From: an uncultured Actinomycetes bacterium
Lineage (GTDB): Bacteria; Actinomycetota; UBA4738; JBBDTT01
Length of the DNA stretch: 64,000 bases
Assembly: GCA_963742735.1 (NCBI GenBank)
Contig: CAVUMN010000004.1
Location: forward strand, 1,376,001-1,440,000
Direction: 5' to 3'
Of this stretch, positions 8,450-18,506 are shown in pieces. Positions within the stretch are counted from its first letter, which is position 1. Each line of letters opens with the position of its first letter. The notes under the pieces were generated by a model that worked only from the letters and a program-made list of their open reading frames with translations, searched no databases and was not told where the DNA came from. A program made the position numbers and the translations under genes.

Positions 8450-9829
8450 GTGACCGTGAAGCCCCTCCGTCTCTTCGTTGCGCTCAGCGTCACCCTGCTG
8501 GTGGTTGCCCTCGGGCTCCCGTTCTTCTCGTCGGCTCCGTCCGGCGCCGCGTCATCGCTCAGTGGTCTTCGCATCCTCTCCGCCCGCAGCTGGGTGGCCG
8601 AGGACGGACATCTGTACACGAAGGCCGACATCCAGGTCGACGGAACGACCCTCCGCAACGTCCGGACCGCGGGCGGCGTCGTCGGCGACAACTGGGAGTT
8701 CGTCGAGTCTCGCGAGCTCGCCGGCGAGGGCTCGCAGGCCGTGCACTCGGCTGACATCGTCGCCGCCCTTCTCCGCGGCCAGCGCTCCGAGGACGGGGTG
8801 TACCGCGACGCCACCGCGGGGTCCTCGGCGACCGCGCTCGGCACTCCCGGCTACTCGACCATCTACGGCTACGGCTGGTGCTCGGCCAACCTGAGCGCCC
8901 CCTACCGGATCAACCCGGCCGGTGCGCCCGGCGGCGCCATCGGCGTGATCCGCGCCGGGTTCAACACGTGGACCAACCACAAGAGCTCGTGGATCTCGTT
9001 CGCGTACAAGGGATCGACGACCGCGGCCAAGCCCGTGCGCGACGGTCTGAACACGGTGTACTTCTCGCGCAGCGCCGAGGCGTTCCTCGGGCGGACGTGG
9101 GTGTACGGGGCGGGAACGCGCCTGACCGGGTTCGACATGCAGCTCAACTCCCGGTACCCCCTGACGGTCGGCGGCTCGGGCTTCGACCTGCAGAGCGTGG
9201 TCGCGCACGAGGCCGGTCACGCGGCGGGCTTCGGGCACACCTCCAGCGGCGGAAACCTGATGTACGGCGGCGGCCAGCCGGCCGGCCAGAAGACCCACTA
9301 CCTGGGGGCCGTCGACAAGGCCGGCCTGACCGCGATCTACCCCTACAACTCGCAGAGCGCCCGGCTCGTGAGCGTGACCGCCCCGAAGTCGATGCGCGCC
9401 GGTGGGACCGGCACCGTCACCGCGGTGTTCGAGAACGTCGGCCGCACGCCGTGGGGCAAGGGGTTCGGCGGCTTCCGCATCCGCACATCCGCGCCGAACC
9501 TGCGCATCAGCAAGTTCGTCTACTCCTCGACCTGGCTGACCGGGTCCTTCCCGGCACGCTCCTACGCGCCGACGTGCAAGGGCGAGCGCGTGACCGTCAC
9601 CTGGAAGATGAAGGCCCCCTCGGCGACCGGCTCCTACACCGAGACGTTCACCCCCGTGGTCGGCGACCTGCTCCACACTCGCTGGCTGACCGGCTCGGTC
9701 GTGAAGCTCCCGATCAAGGTCGGCACCTCGACGTACAGCGGGAGCATCGGCTCGGGCTCAGGCTCGGGCTCGGGCTCCGGCTCGGGATCGACCGGAGGCG
9801 GATGCTTCCTGGGGATCTTCTGCTGGTAG
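8450..9829 (+). CDS. Secreted matrixin-like (M10) metalloprotease with C-terminal Ig-like domain and GS linker
   Basis: Signal peptide; HEAGHAAGFGH zinc motif with LMY Met-turn; beta-rich C-domain; GS repeat tail. Confidence 0.82.
   Translation: MTVKPLRLFVALSVTLLVVALGLPFFSSAPSGAASSLSGLRILSARSWVAEDGHLYTKADIQVDGTTLRNVRTAGGVVGDNWEFVESRELAGEGSQAVHSADIVAALLRGQRSEDGVYRDATAGSSATALGTPGYSTIYGYGWCSANLSAPYRINPAGAPGGAIGVIRAGFNTWTNHKSSWISFAYKGSTTAAKPVRDGLNTVYFSRSAEAFLGRTWVYGAGTRLTGFDMQLNSRYPLTVGGSGFDLQSVVAHEAGHAAGFGHTSSGGNLMYGGGQPAGQKTHYLGAVDKAGLTAIYPYNSQSARLVSVTAPKSMRAGGTGTVTAVFENVGRTPWGKGFGGFRIRTSAPNLRISKFVYSSTWLTGSFPARSYAPTCKGERVTVTWKMKAPSATGSYTETFTPVVGDLLHTRWLTGSVVKLPIKVGTSTYSGSIGSGSGSGSGSGSGSTGGGCFLGIFCW
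9749..9790 (+). repeat. Coding hexamer repeat (GGCTCN)n encoding a Gly-Ser linker
   Basis: GGCTCG GGCTCA GGCTCG GGCTCG GGCTCC GGCTCG GGATCG. Confidence 0.85.
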
Positions 9830-9860
9830 TGACGGCGAGCTGATACCTACCCGCCCGTAT

Positions 9861-9896
9861 ACTTCGACCGTGCGCCCCGACGCGCACGGTCGAAGT
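9861..9896. promoter_or_regulatory. Perfect 15-bp inverted repeat abutting the ecm start codon
   Basis: ACTTCGACCGTGCGC-cccgac-GCGCACGGTCGAAGT, then C-ATG; overlaps TATACT at 9858-9863. Confidence 0.7.
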
Positions 9897-9897
9897 C

Positions 9898-11898
9898 ATG
9901 TCTGAGACCCCGCCGGAAGCCGCCAGCACCGATCGCCCCTGGATCTTTCGCACGTACGCGGGCTACGGGACCCCCCGGGCCACCAACGAGCGCTTCCTCC
10001 GCAACCTGGCCAAGGGCCAGACCGGGCTGTCCATCGCGTTCGATCTCCCCACGCAGACCGGCTACGACAGCGACCATCCGATGGCCCGCGGCGAGGTCGG
10101 CAAGGTGGGCGTCCCCATCGGTCACCTCGGCGACATGCGGCAGGTGTTCGAGGGCATCCCGGTCGAGCGGATGAACACCTCGATGACGATCAACGCGACG
10201 GCCGCGTGGCTCCTGGCCCTCTACGCCGGCGTGGCCGACGAGCAGGGCGCGGCCCGGGCCGCCCTCGAGGGCACCACGCAGAACGACATCCTCAAGGAGT
10301 ACCTCTCGCGGGGGACCTACGTCTTTCCCCCCGCCGAGTCGATGCGCCTGACCACCGACCTCGTCACCTGGACCCTCGCCGAGGCGCCCAAGTGGAACCC
10401 CATCAACGTGTGCTCGTATCACCTCCAGGAAGCCGGCGCGGGCCCCGTGCTGGAGGCGGCGTACACCATGGCGAACGCGATCGCGGTGCTCGACGCCACG
10501 CGCGCCACCGGCCGGGTCTCCGAGGACGACCTTCCCCGGCTGGCGGGGCGCATCTCGTTCTTCTGCAACGCCGGCATCCGGTTCGTCGAGGAGACGGCGA
10601 AGCTTCGGGCCATGGCCCGGCTGTGGGACCGAATCACCGCCGAGCGTTACGGCGTGGAGGACCCCAAGTTCCGCCGGTTCCGCTACGGCGTCCAGGTCAA
10701 CTCCCTCGGGCTCACCGCGCCGCAGGCGGAGAACAACGTCTACCGGATCCTGCTGGAGATGCTCGCGGTCACGCTGTCGAAGGACGCCCGGGCGCGCGCG
10801 GTTCAGCTCCCGGCGTGGAACGAGGCCCTCGGCCTGCCCCGCGCCTGGGACCAGCAGTGGTCGCTCCGGGCGCAGCAGATCCTGGCGCTCGAGACCGACC
10901 TGTTGGAGTACGGCGACCTGTTCAACGGCTCGCCGGTCATGGAGGAGATCACCGAGCGCATCGAGACCGAGGCGTGGGAGGAGCTCCAGCGGGTGCTCGA
11001 GAAGGGCGGGTCGGTCGAAGCGCTCGGCTACATGAAGGAGCAGCTGGTGGCGTCGCACGCGCGGAGCCGGCGAGCCCTCGAGTCGGGGGAGCGGACGGTG
11101 GTCGGCGTCAACGCCTACACCGAGACCGAGGAGCTGCCGCTGACGCCGGGCGAGGACGTCAGCTTCCACGTCGTCGACCCCGCGCTGGAGGCCGAGCAGC
11201 TCGAGGACCTTGAGCGGTGGCGGGCCACCCGCGACGCGGCGGCGACGACGGCGGTCCTCGACGAGCTTCGCCGGGCCGCGGAGGCGGGAGAGAACGTGAT
11301 GCCTGCGAGCATCGCGGCCGCCACGGCCGGCGCGACCACGGGGGAGTGGGCCGACGCCCTTCGGGAGGTGTTCGGTGAGTATCGAGCCCCGACCGGCGTG
11401 AGCTCTCGGGCCGCCGCGAACGGACAGACGTCGGCCTCCCTCGACGACGCCCGCCGGCGCGTGGAGGCGGCGGCGAAGCGGCTGGGGGTGGCGCGACTGC
11501 GCATGCTGGTCGGAAAGCCCGGGCTCGACGGACACTCGAACGCGGCCGAGCAGGTCGCGGTGCGGGCGCGCGACGCCGGCGTTGAGGTCGTGTACCAGGG
11601 GATCCGCCTCACGGCGCAGGAGATCGCCCGGGCGGCGGTCGACGAGGACGTGCACGTCATCGGCCTGTCCGTCCTCTCGGGCGCGCACAACCTGATCGTG
11701 CCCGACGTGATCGATCGCCTGCGGGCCGAGGGGGTCGACCCGGCCCGGACCCCGATCGTCGTGGGGGGCGTGATCCCCGACGACGACGCGGCCAAGCTGA
11801 TCGAGCTGGGGGTCGCGCGGGTGTTCACGCCGAAGGACCACGACCTGACCGCGATGATCGGCGAGATCGCCGACCTCGTCGCTCCCGGGCCCGGGTAG
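9898..11898 (+). CDS. ecm: Ethylmalonyl-CoA mutase (MeaA/Ecm), B12-dependent
   Basis: RTYAG...KGQTGLSIAFDLPTQTGYD; Ecm-type RYGVQVNSLG and QLPAWNEALGLP; B12-binding KPGLDGHSN. Confidence 0.9.
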   Translation: MSETPPEAASTDRPWIFRTYAGYGTPRATNERFLRNLAKGQTGLSIAFDLPTQTGYDSDHPMARGEVGKVGVPIGHLGDMRQVFEGIPVERMNTSMTINATAAWLLALYAGVADEQGAARAALEGTTQNDILKEYLSRGTYVFPPAESMRLTTDLVTWTLAEAPKWNPINVCSYHLQEAGAGPVLEAAYTMANAIAVLDATRATGRVSEDDLPRLAGRISFFCNAGIRFVEETAKLRAMARLWDRITAERYGVEDPKFRRFRYGVQVNSLGLTAPQAENNVYRILLEMLAVTLSKDARARAVQLPAWNEALGLPRAWDQQWSLRAQQILALETDLLEYGDLFNGSPVMEEITERIETEAWEELQRVLEKGGSVEALGYMKEQLVASHARSRRALESGERTVVGVNAYTETEELPLTPGEDVSFHVVDPALEAEQLEDLERWRATRDAAATTAVLDELRRAAEAGENVMPASIAAATAGATTGEWADALREVFGEYRAPTGVSSRAAANGQTSASLDDARRRVEAAAKRLGVARLRMLVGKPGLDGHSNAAEQVAVRARDAGVEVVYQGIRLTAQEIARAAVDEDVHVIGLSVLSGAHNLIVPDVIDRLRAEGVDPARTPIVVGGVIPDDDAAKLIELGVARVFTPKDHDLTAMIGEIADLVAPGPG

Positions 11899-11907
11899 GA
11901 GGCCCGA

Positions 11908-13260
11908 ATGGATCGCGCCCCCCGGCCCTGGCCCGAGCTCGCGCTGTACGGAGGGTCCGCGGCGATCGCCCTGCTCGTGGCGCGCCACGACGCGATCCCC
12001 CTGATGCGTGACTGGGGGCGCGGCGCGTTCTGGCCCTATGCCCTGGGCGCGCTCATCGTGGCAGCCCTGGCCCTGGTCCGGAGATGGAGCGTCGCCGCGC
12101 GCGTCGCGGTGGCCGCCGGGGTGATCGCCGGAGCCGCGGTGGTGCCCACGGTCGCGCACGTCGTCCAGCGAGACGGGGAGGGTCGCCGCACCCACGCCCA
12201 ATCCGAGCTGCTGATCGTCGAGGAGTCGGGCCGGGCGTTCGCGCGGGGAGCGAACCCGTATGTCGTCTCGTTCGACTCGGGGCCGCTGGCGCCGTGGCCC
12301 CCGGGGACCCGGAGCCACGTGGCCTACCTCCCGGGGTCGTTCGTGTTCGGACTTCCCGCCGCCGTGGCGGACGGCTGGGCCGGAGACGCGCGGGTGTGGC
12401 TCGGGCTGGTCGGCGCCGGAGCCCTCGTCCTGGCCCTTCGCCGGTCGCGTGCCGGCGCCTCGCGCGCGGCGCTGGCGTGCGTCGTGCTCCTCGGCCTTCC
12501 GTTCGCGGCGCGCTCGATCACCGGCGGCGGCGCCGACGTCACGATCCTCGCGATCATGTTGCTGTCCCTGGTGCTGGCCCGCGACCGGCGGCCCGTGGCG
12601 GCCGGCCTGGCGCTCGGGGCCGCCGCGGCGATGAAGCAGCTCGCGTGGCCGCTCCTCCCGTTCCTGCTGCTCGCCGCGCGCGACCGTTCGGGCCGGCCCG
12701 CCTGGGGGCGGATGGCGGCGGCCGCCGGAGCGGTGGTCGTTCCCGTCGTGGTCCCGTTCGCGGCGTGGGACGTCGGCGCGTTCGTCGAGGACGTCGTTCG
12801 CTTCCCGGTCGGGCTCGCCGGGCCGACCCCGGCGGGGGAGGCCACCGTCGGGGCCTGGCTGTCCGGCGTTCTGGGGCTGCCCCGGCTGTGGGTGGCCGTG
12901 GGCATGGGGATCGTGGTGGCGGGGGCCGGCACGGCGCTCCTGCTCCGCCGGCCCGTCCGTACCGCCGCCGCCGCGGCCGAGCGCGCCGCACTGCTGATCC
13001 TGCTCGCGACGGTCCTGGCGACGGCCGGCAGGCCCGGCTATCTGGTGTACCCGCTGAACCTGTTCGTGTGGAGCCGCCTCCTGCTCCGGGAAGGCGCGGG
13101 CGAGGCCGGGCTATCCTCCCGGCGTGAGCGAGGCGAAGCCGTGGCGAACGGCGATCTCGGAGGTCACGCCGGGATCGATCCGGGTCCGGGGGTACGACCT
13201 CCTGGAGCTGATCGGCAACCGCCCGTTCGGGGACGTCGTCTTCCTGCTCCTCTCCGGTGA
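11908..13260 (+). CDS. Polytopic membrane GT-C glycosyltransferase (GT87-like)
   Basis: Many transmembrane segments, GANPY, AYLP, GAAAAMKQ; 3' end overlaps the next gene by about 137 nt, so the true end is uncertain. Confidence 0.65.
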   Translation: MDRAPRPWPELALYGGSAAIALLVARHDAIPLMRDWGRGAFWPYALGALIVAALALVRRWSVAARVAVAAGVIAGAAVVPTVAHVVQRDGEGRRTHAQSELLIVEESGRAFARGANPYVVSFDSGPLAPWPPGTRSHVAYLPGSFVFGLPAAVADGWAGDARVWLGLVGAGALVLALRRSRAGASRAALACVVLLGLPFAARSITGGGADVTILAIMLLSLVLARDRRPVAAGLALGAAAAMKQLAWPLLPFLLLAARDRSGRPAWGRMAAAAGAVVVPVVVPFAAWDVGAFVEDVVRFPVGLAGPTPAGEATVGAWLSGVLGLPRLWVAVGMGIVVAGAGTALLLRRPVRTAAAAAERAALLILLATVLATAGRPGYLVYPLNLFVWSRLLLREGAGEAGLSSRRERGEAVANGDLGGHAGIDPGPGVRPPGADRQPPVRGRRLPAPLR

Positions 13261-13885
13261 GCTCCCGGCCGGCAACGAGGGCCGGCTGATCGACGCGATC
13301 CTGGTGGCGGCCGCGGAGCACTCCGTCCTGGCCCCGTCGGTGGACGCCGCGCGGTTCGCGGCCTCGGCGGGGGTTCCCCTGCAGGCCGCGGTCGCGGCCG
13401 GCGTGATCGGCTTGGGCGATCATCACGGCGGGGCCGTCGACGCCGGCGCGGAGCTGCTGATCGAGGCGGAGCGGGACGGCGTGCGCTCGGTCGCGGAACG
13501 GTACCGGGAGGCCGGGCGGCGCCTGCCCGGGTACGGCCACGCCATCCACGACCCGGACCCGCGCGCGGACCGCCTGCTCGAGGTCGCGTCGTCCCTGGGG
13601 CTCGCGGGGCGCCACGTCCGGACCGCACGGGAGCTGGCGGAGATCACCGAGCAGGTGTTCGGGCGGCGGCTCGACCTGAACATCGACGGGGCGATGTCCG
13701 CCCTGCTGCTGGAGCTGGGGCTCGACCCCGGCCTGGGCAAGGCCTTCTACGTGATCGCCCGGGCCCCGGGGTTCTGCGCGCACGTGTTCGAGGAGCAGAC
13801 GGCCGAGCGGCCGTACCGCGACGTCGGCTGGCAGAACGTCGAGTACACGGGGCCGCCTCACCGCGACCTTCCCGAGACCGAGTAG
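13124..13885 (+). CDS. Citryl-CoA lyase / small citrate-synthase-family protein
   Basis: WRTAISEV..RVRGY, GDHHGGA, LPGYGHAIH.DPR, LNIDG. Confidence 0.88.
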   Translation: MSEAKPWRTAISEVTPGSIRVRGYDLLELIGNRPFGDVVFLLLSGELPAGNEGRLIDAILVAAAEHSVLAPSVDAARFAASAGVPLQAAVAAGVIGLGDHHGGAVDAGAELLIEAERDGVRSVAERYREAGRRLPGYGHAIHDPDPRADRLLEVASSLGLAGRHVRTARELAEITEQVFGRRLDLNIDGAMSALLLELGLDPGLGKAFYVIARAPGFCAHVFEEQTAERPYRDVGWQNVEYTGPPHRDLPETE

Positions 13886-13956
13886 AAGTCGGTCACTCAG
13901 CGCGAGTAGGATCACGCAGCCTGGGCGGGCCGGGCACCATCCGGAAGGAGCACGCA

Positions 13957-15876
13957 ATGCGGCGTTGGGCCCTGTTTCTGACCCTGTGCATGATCGCCAT
14001 TCTGCCGTTCGCGCCTGCCGCGTCGGCGGCGTCGTACGACCACCTCGCCCCCGGGGAGACCGCGAACCTGAACGAGGAGGTACCGGTCAACTTCGTGTTC
14101 GTGGGCTACGAGCCCGGCCAGGTGAGCCAGTCCGCGTTCCTGGCCGAGCTTCCCTCGACGTACCGGACCGTGGTGCGTTCCCGGCTCTGGTACGGAGTGA
14201 CCGAGCACCTCGGGGTGAACTACACCTACGACTTCGACGTCACCTACACCGATGCGGCCTTCGAGAACTCCCTCTTCGGCGCGCTGACCGGGCTGGCGAA
14301 GCCGCAGTCCACGGTCGACGGGCTCACCCGAACGCTCTTCCAGGAGGACTACAACAACCAGGTCCACAACATCCTCAACGTCGGGACGAACTACTTCATC
14401 GACGCGCCGACGGTCGAGAAGTGGCTGATCGACCACGCCCCGGCGGGGGTCAACACCCGCGAGGACACGGTCTTCTTCATCAACTGGTGGGGCCGCCCCG
14501 ACTTCAAGTTCCACACGTACACGAAGTTCGGCGAGCCCGACCCGGACACGGGGAACGACTTCGGGAAGGTCCGCCAGAGCCGAAAGATCATCGCGTGGGG
14601 CGGCACCACCGCGGCCGACGAGGAGACCGGCCTCGGTTCCCGGGGTACGCACCGGGTATGGTTCCACGACCTGTCGGCCGGGCCCGACCTCTGGAACGGC
14701 GGCTGGAACGTCGACGACGCCGACCTCGACTTCGACGGCATCGCGGACTACCGGCTGCCGCCCATCTGGGAGTACGCGCAGACCGGGTACCGGCGAATGA
14801 GCAAGCTGGCCGGCGACCTTGGCAAGCTGGCGCGCTACTCGGCCCTCGACACCCTGTTCACGACGTCGCCGCTCTACCCGCCGGAGATCAGCCCGCCGCG
14901 TCTGCCGAGGTCGATCAACCTGGACCTCAACACCTACGAGGGGTGGAAGGGCGTCAACGCCTCGCTGAAGTACCAGACGACGGGACTCCTGGTGGCGGAG
15001 GAGCGCGAGCTCGACCGCCGGACCTACACGGTGGACCAGCAGGACGTGCCGTTCCTGGGCACCAAGTCCGAGGAGTGTTACCGCAAGTGGCTTCGCGACC
15101 AGGTCTGCTATCCGGCCTATCCCTATCCGCCGTTCGCGAACCTGTTCCTGGACAACGCCCTCAACCTCGACCGGGTCCGTGACGGCGGCGGGGACTACGA
15201 AGGGCTGCTCTTCAACTACGCGACCGGAGTCAAGCAGAGCGCTCCGCTCCTCGGGTTCGCCGACGACAACTACCTCGACGGCACCCAGAGCGGCGTCTTC
15301 AACTTCGTCGCGCCGGACATCGTGGCGGCGGGCTACGGCCTGACCACCACCCAGATCCACGAGTTCGGGCACCACCTCGGGATGAGCCACCCCCACGACG
15401 GCTACGACTCCGAGACCGGCCGCGACTTCGAACCCACGGGCTCGCTGTTCTTCGCGTGGGCCGGCGACCAGACGAACTCGATGATGAGCTACATCGACGT
15501 GAACTGGGACTTCAGCCAGTTCGACCAGGACAACTACAACCGGTTCGCGGCGGCGGCGTACATCACGAACGCGAACGCCATCGCGGCGGACATCCTCGAC
15601 GATCCCGACTCGGCGGCGGCCGCGGACGAGCTCGCTGCCGCCGACGCACGGATCGGGCAGGCCAAGGCCGCGCTGGCGGCGCACGACTACCGCGCCACGT
15701 GGGACCACGCGAAGGCGGCGTACGACCTGGTCCGCCAGGGCGCGGCGCAGGCGGGGGTGGAGGTCGTGGCGAGCGACAACGGGTGGACGGTCCTGCCCAA
15801 GACGCCGCTGGGCGATCGCAACGCCCGCAAGTACTCGTTCGTCGATCGCTACGTCGGCAACCGGGCAAAGCCCTAG
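13957..15876 (+). CDS. Large secreted protein with metzincin-type zinc motif
   Basis: Signal peptide ending AxA; HEFGHHLGMSH plus SMMSY; SD GGAG upstream. Confidence 0.75.
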   Translation: MRRWALFLTLCMIAILPFAPAASAASYDHLAPGETANLNEEVPVNFVFVGYEPGQVSQSAFLAELPSTYRTVVRSRLWYGVTEHLGVNYTYDFDVTYTDAAFENSLFGALTGLAKPQSTVDGLTRTLFQEDYNNQVHNILNVGTNYFIDAPTVEKWLIDHAPAGVNTREDTVFFINWWGRPDFKFHTYTKFGEPDPDTGNDFGKVRQSRKIIAWGGTTAADEETGLGSRGTHRVWFHDLSAGPDLWNGGWNVDDADLDFDGIADYRLPPIWEYAQTGYRRMSKLAGDLGKLARYSALDTLFTTSPLYPPEISPPRLPRSINLDLNTYEGWKGVNASLKYQTTGLLVAEERELDRRTYTVDQQDVPFLGTKSEECYRKWLRDQVCYPAYPYPPFANLFLDNALNLDRVRDGGGDYEGLLFNYATGVKQSAPLLGFADDNYLDGTQSGVFNFVAPDIVAAGYGLTTTQIHEFGHHLGMSHPHDGYDSETGRDFEPTGSLFFAWAGDQTNSMMSYIDVNWDFSQFDQDNYNRFAAAAYITNANAIAADILDDPDSAAAADELAAADARIGQAKAALAAHDYRATWDHAKAAYDLVRQGAAQAGVEVVASDNGWTVLPKTPLGDRNARKYSFVDRYVGNRAKP

Positions 15877-15893
15877 GACGCTATGGAGGCGAA

Positions 15894-16757
15894 ATGAACC
15901 CTGAGGACGTGAAGACGGTCGGCGTGCTGGGCTGCGGGATCATGGGCTCCGGCATCGTCGAGGTGGTGGCGAAGGCAGGCGCCGACGTGATCTACGTCGA
16001 GCGCACCGAGGACCGGGTTGAGCGCGGCCAGAAGTCGATCGAGAAGAGCCTGGGCAAGGCCGTGGAGAAGGGCAAGCTCGAGGAGGCCGAGCGCGACGGC
16101 ATCCTCGGGCGGATCAAGGGGACCGTGAACGTCGACGACCTCGCCGGCGTCGACCTGGTCATCGAGGCGGTCACCGAGGACCTCGACACCAAGGTCGAGC
16201 TGTTCCAGCGGCTGGACGAGATCACCAACCCGGAGGTCGTCCTGGCCTCGAACACGTCCTCGCTTCCGCTCGTGCAGATGGCTACCACCACGAAGCGGCC
16301 CGACAAGGTCATCGGGATGCACTTCTTCAACCCGCCGCCGGTCATGAAGCTGCTGGAGCTCGTCAAGTCGATCACCACCTCGGACGAGACCGTCGAGTTC
16401 GCGAGGGCCTACGGCGAGAAGCTCGGCAAGACGACCGTCCTGGCGAAGGACCGGGCCGGCTTCATCGTCAACCTCCTGCTGACGAGCTACCTGAACGCGG
16501 CGGTGAAGATGTACGAGGAGGGGTTCGCCACCAAGGAGGACATCGACACCGCGATCAAGCTCGGCCTCGGGCATCCGATGGGGCCGCTCGAGCTGCTCGA
16601 CCTGATCGGGATCGACACGATGCTCTCGGTGGGCGACGTCCTCTACGACGAGTTCAAGTCGCCCGAGTTCGCCCCGCCGCCTCTGGCGCGGCGGATGGTC
16701 CAGGCGGGCTTCCTGGGGCGCAAGACCGGCAAGGGCTTCTACGACTACTCGAAGTAG
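15894..16757 (+). CDS. hbd: 3-hydroxybutyryl-CoA dehydrogenase
   Basis: GCGIMGSG, SNTSS, GMHFFNP, GHPMGP, GRKTGKGFY; SD GGAGG before ATG 15894. Confidence 0.93.
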   Translation: MNPEDVKTVGVLGCGIMGSGIVEVVAKAGADVIYVERTEDRVERGQKSIEKSLGKAVEKGKLEEAERDGILGRIKGTVNVDDLAGVDLVIEAVTEDLDTKVELFQRLDEITNPEVVLASNTSSLPLVQMATTTKRPDKVIGMHFFNPPPVMKLLELVKSITTSDETVEFARAYGEKLGKTTVLAKDRAGFIVNLLLTSYLNAAVKMYEEGFATKEDIDTAIKLGLGHPMGPLELLDLIGIDTMLSVGDVLYDEFKSPEFAPPPLARRMVQAGFLGRKTGKGFYDYSK

Positions 16758-16761
16758 ACCC

Positions 16762-17598
16762 GTGCTCGCGATCGACCTGCACGTCCACCTCCCCACGGAG
16801 GAGTGGCTCTCCCGGGCGATCGGGCCGCACCTGGAGGCGACCGAGCGCTACTTCCGGAACGCGCCGCCAAGGCGTTCCATCGAGGAGGTCGCGGCCGAGT
16901 ACGCCGAGCGAGACATCCTCGGTGTCGTCCTGGACTGGGACGACGAGTCGGTGACGGGCCGGGGGTGGCTGGGCAACGAGTACCTCGCGGGGCTCTCGGA
17001 GAGGTTCCCGGGCGTCCTGATGGGGTTCGGCTCGGTCGACCCCCACGCGCGGGACGCCGGCGACCGGGTCCGTGCGGCCGCGGACCTCGGGCTGAAGGGG
17101 TTGAAGTTCCACCCGACCATGCAGGCGTTCGATCCGGGAGCGTCGGAGTTCGCGCCGATCTGGTCGGCGTGCGAGGAGCGGGGGCTGGTGTGCCTGTTCC
17201 ACACCGGCACGTGCGGGATCGGGGCGGGCACGCCGGGGGCGGGCGGAACGAAGATCCGGTACTCGCACCCGGGGTTCCTGGACTCGATCGGCGCCGACTT
17301 CCCGGGCGTGACCTTCCTGGCCGCGCACTTCGGGTGGCCCTGGTACCAGGAGGCCCTGGCCATCGCGCTGCACAAGGCGAACGTGTGGATCGAGCTCTCC
17401 GGGTGGGCGCCGAAGTACCTGCCGCCGGAGGTCGTCCGCGAGTCGGGCCGGCGCCTGAACGATCGAACGGTGTTCGGGAGCGACTACCCGTTCATCTCCC
17501 TGGACCGGTGGTTCGAGGAGGCCGAGGCGCTGCCGTGGAGTCCCGAGGCACGGCGGTCGATCCTGGTCGACAACGCCTCGAGGCTCCTGGGCCTCTAG
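16762..17598 (+). CDS. Amidohydrolase_2 family metal-dependent hydrolase
   Basis: IDLHVH, KFHP, FHTG, AHFGWPW, LSGWAPKY, FGSDYP. Confidence 0.88.
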   Translation: MLAIDLHVHLPTEEWLSRAIGPHLEATERYFRNAPPRRSIEEVAAEYAERDILGVVLDWDDESVTGRGWLGNEYLAGLSERFPGVLMGFGSVDPHARDAGDRVRAAADLGLKGLKFHPTMQAFDPGASEFAPIWSACEERGLVCLFHTGTCGIGAGTPGAGGTKIRYSHPGFLDSIGADFPGVTFLAAHFGWPWYQEALAIALHKANVWIELSGWAPKYLPPEVVRESGRRLNDRTVFGSDYPFISLDRWFEEAEALPWSPEARRSILVDNASRLLGL

Positions 17599-18506
17599 CG
17601 CCGGCCCAGCCGTCCGCGAACGTACCCGGTCAGCTTCGCCGCGTCGACGAATGCCATGAGCGCCGGCACCGCGAACATCGAGGTGGCGCGGTCGAGCGGC
17701 TGGCCCTCGAACGCGCGCCAGGCCCGGTTGATCGGGCGATAGGCGTACAGAAAGCCCGCCGTGAGCAGGGCGGCGCGCCTCACCCTCCCGCCCCTGCGCC
17801 ACAGGCGCGGAGCGGCCAGATAGACGCTCGCTCGGAGCGCGTGGCGTCCGGGGTGCATCCCGGCGACGGCGTCGCCCGTGGCGTAGTTCGCGTACTGACG
17901 CCACGTGGCGGCCAAGCCGGGGCGAACGGGCCACCACACCAACGCCTCGGGGACGAACTCCATCCGCATCCCGAGCTCCCGCCAGCGATGGTTGACCCAC
18001 ATGTCCTCGCCGAAATCGAGGTCCTCGGGGTAACCGCCGGAGGCCTCGATCGCCTCGCGCCGGAAGGCGACGGAGCGCGCGGAGGGCATGAACGAGTTGT
18101 CGTCGAACTCGTCGGCCTCCTTCACCAGCGTCGCCGCGCAGGCCTCGAAGAACGTCGTGGGGGCCGGGCGGTAGAAGCCCATGGCGACGTCGGCCCCCGT
18201 CTCCAGCGGCGCGAGGATCTGCTCGAGCCAGTCCGGGGCCATCGCGCAGTCGGGGTCGGTCACCGCGATCACGTCGTGGGCGGCGGCTCGGATGGCCGCG
18301 TTGCGGCCCCGGGCGATGTTCGCGCCCGGCTCGGAGATCACGGTGACTCCCTCGGCCGCCTCCAGCGCCTCACGCGTCCCGTCCGTGGAGCCGCCGTCGA
18401 CGATCACGACCTCGTCGGGGGCACGCGTCTGGGCCTTGAGCGACCGCAGGAACGCGTCGATGGCCGGTCCGGCGTTCTTCACCGTGCCCACCAGCGAGAC
18501 CTTCAC
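17595..18506 (-). CDS. Glycosyltransferase family 2
   Basis: VKVSLVGTVKN, IVDGGSTDGT, GRNAAI, VTDPDC, GED; GTG start overlaps upstream stop. Confidence 0.88.
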   Translation of the reverse strand: MKVSLVGTVKNAGPAIDAFLRSLKAQTRAPDEVVIVDGGSTDGTREALEAAEGVTVISEPGANIARGRNAAIRAAAHDVIAVTDPDCAMAPDWLEQILAPLETGADVAMGFYRPAPTTFFEACAATLVKEADEFDDNSFMPSARSVAFRREAIEASGGYPEDLDFGEDMWVNHRWRELGMRMEFVPEALVWWPVRPGLAATWRQYANYATGDAVAGMHPGRHALRASVYLAAPRLWRRGGRVRRAALLTAGFLYAYRPINRAWRAFEGQPLDRATSMFAVPALMAFVDAAKLTGYVRGRLGRR

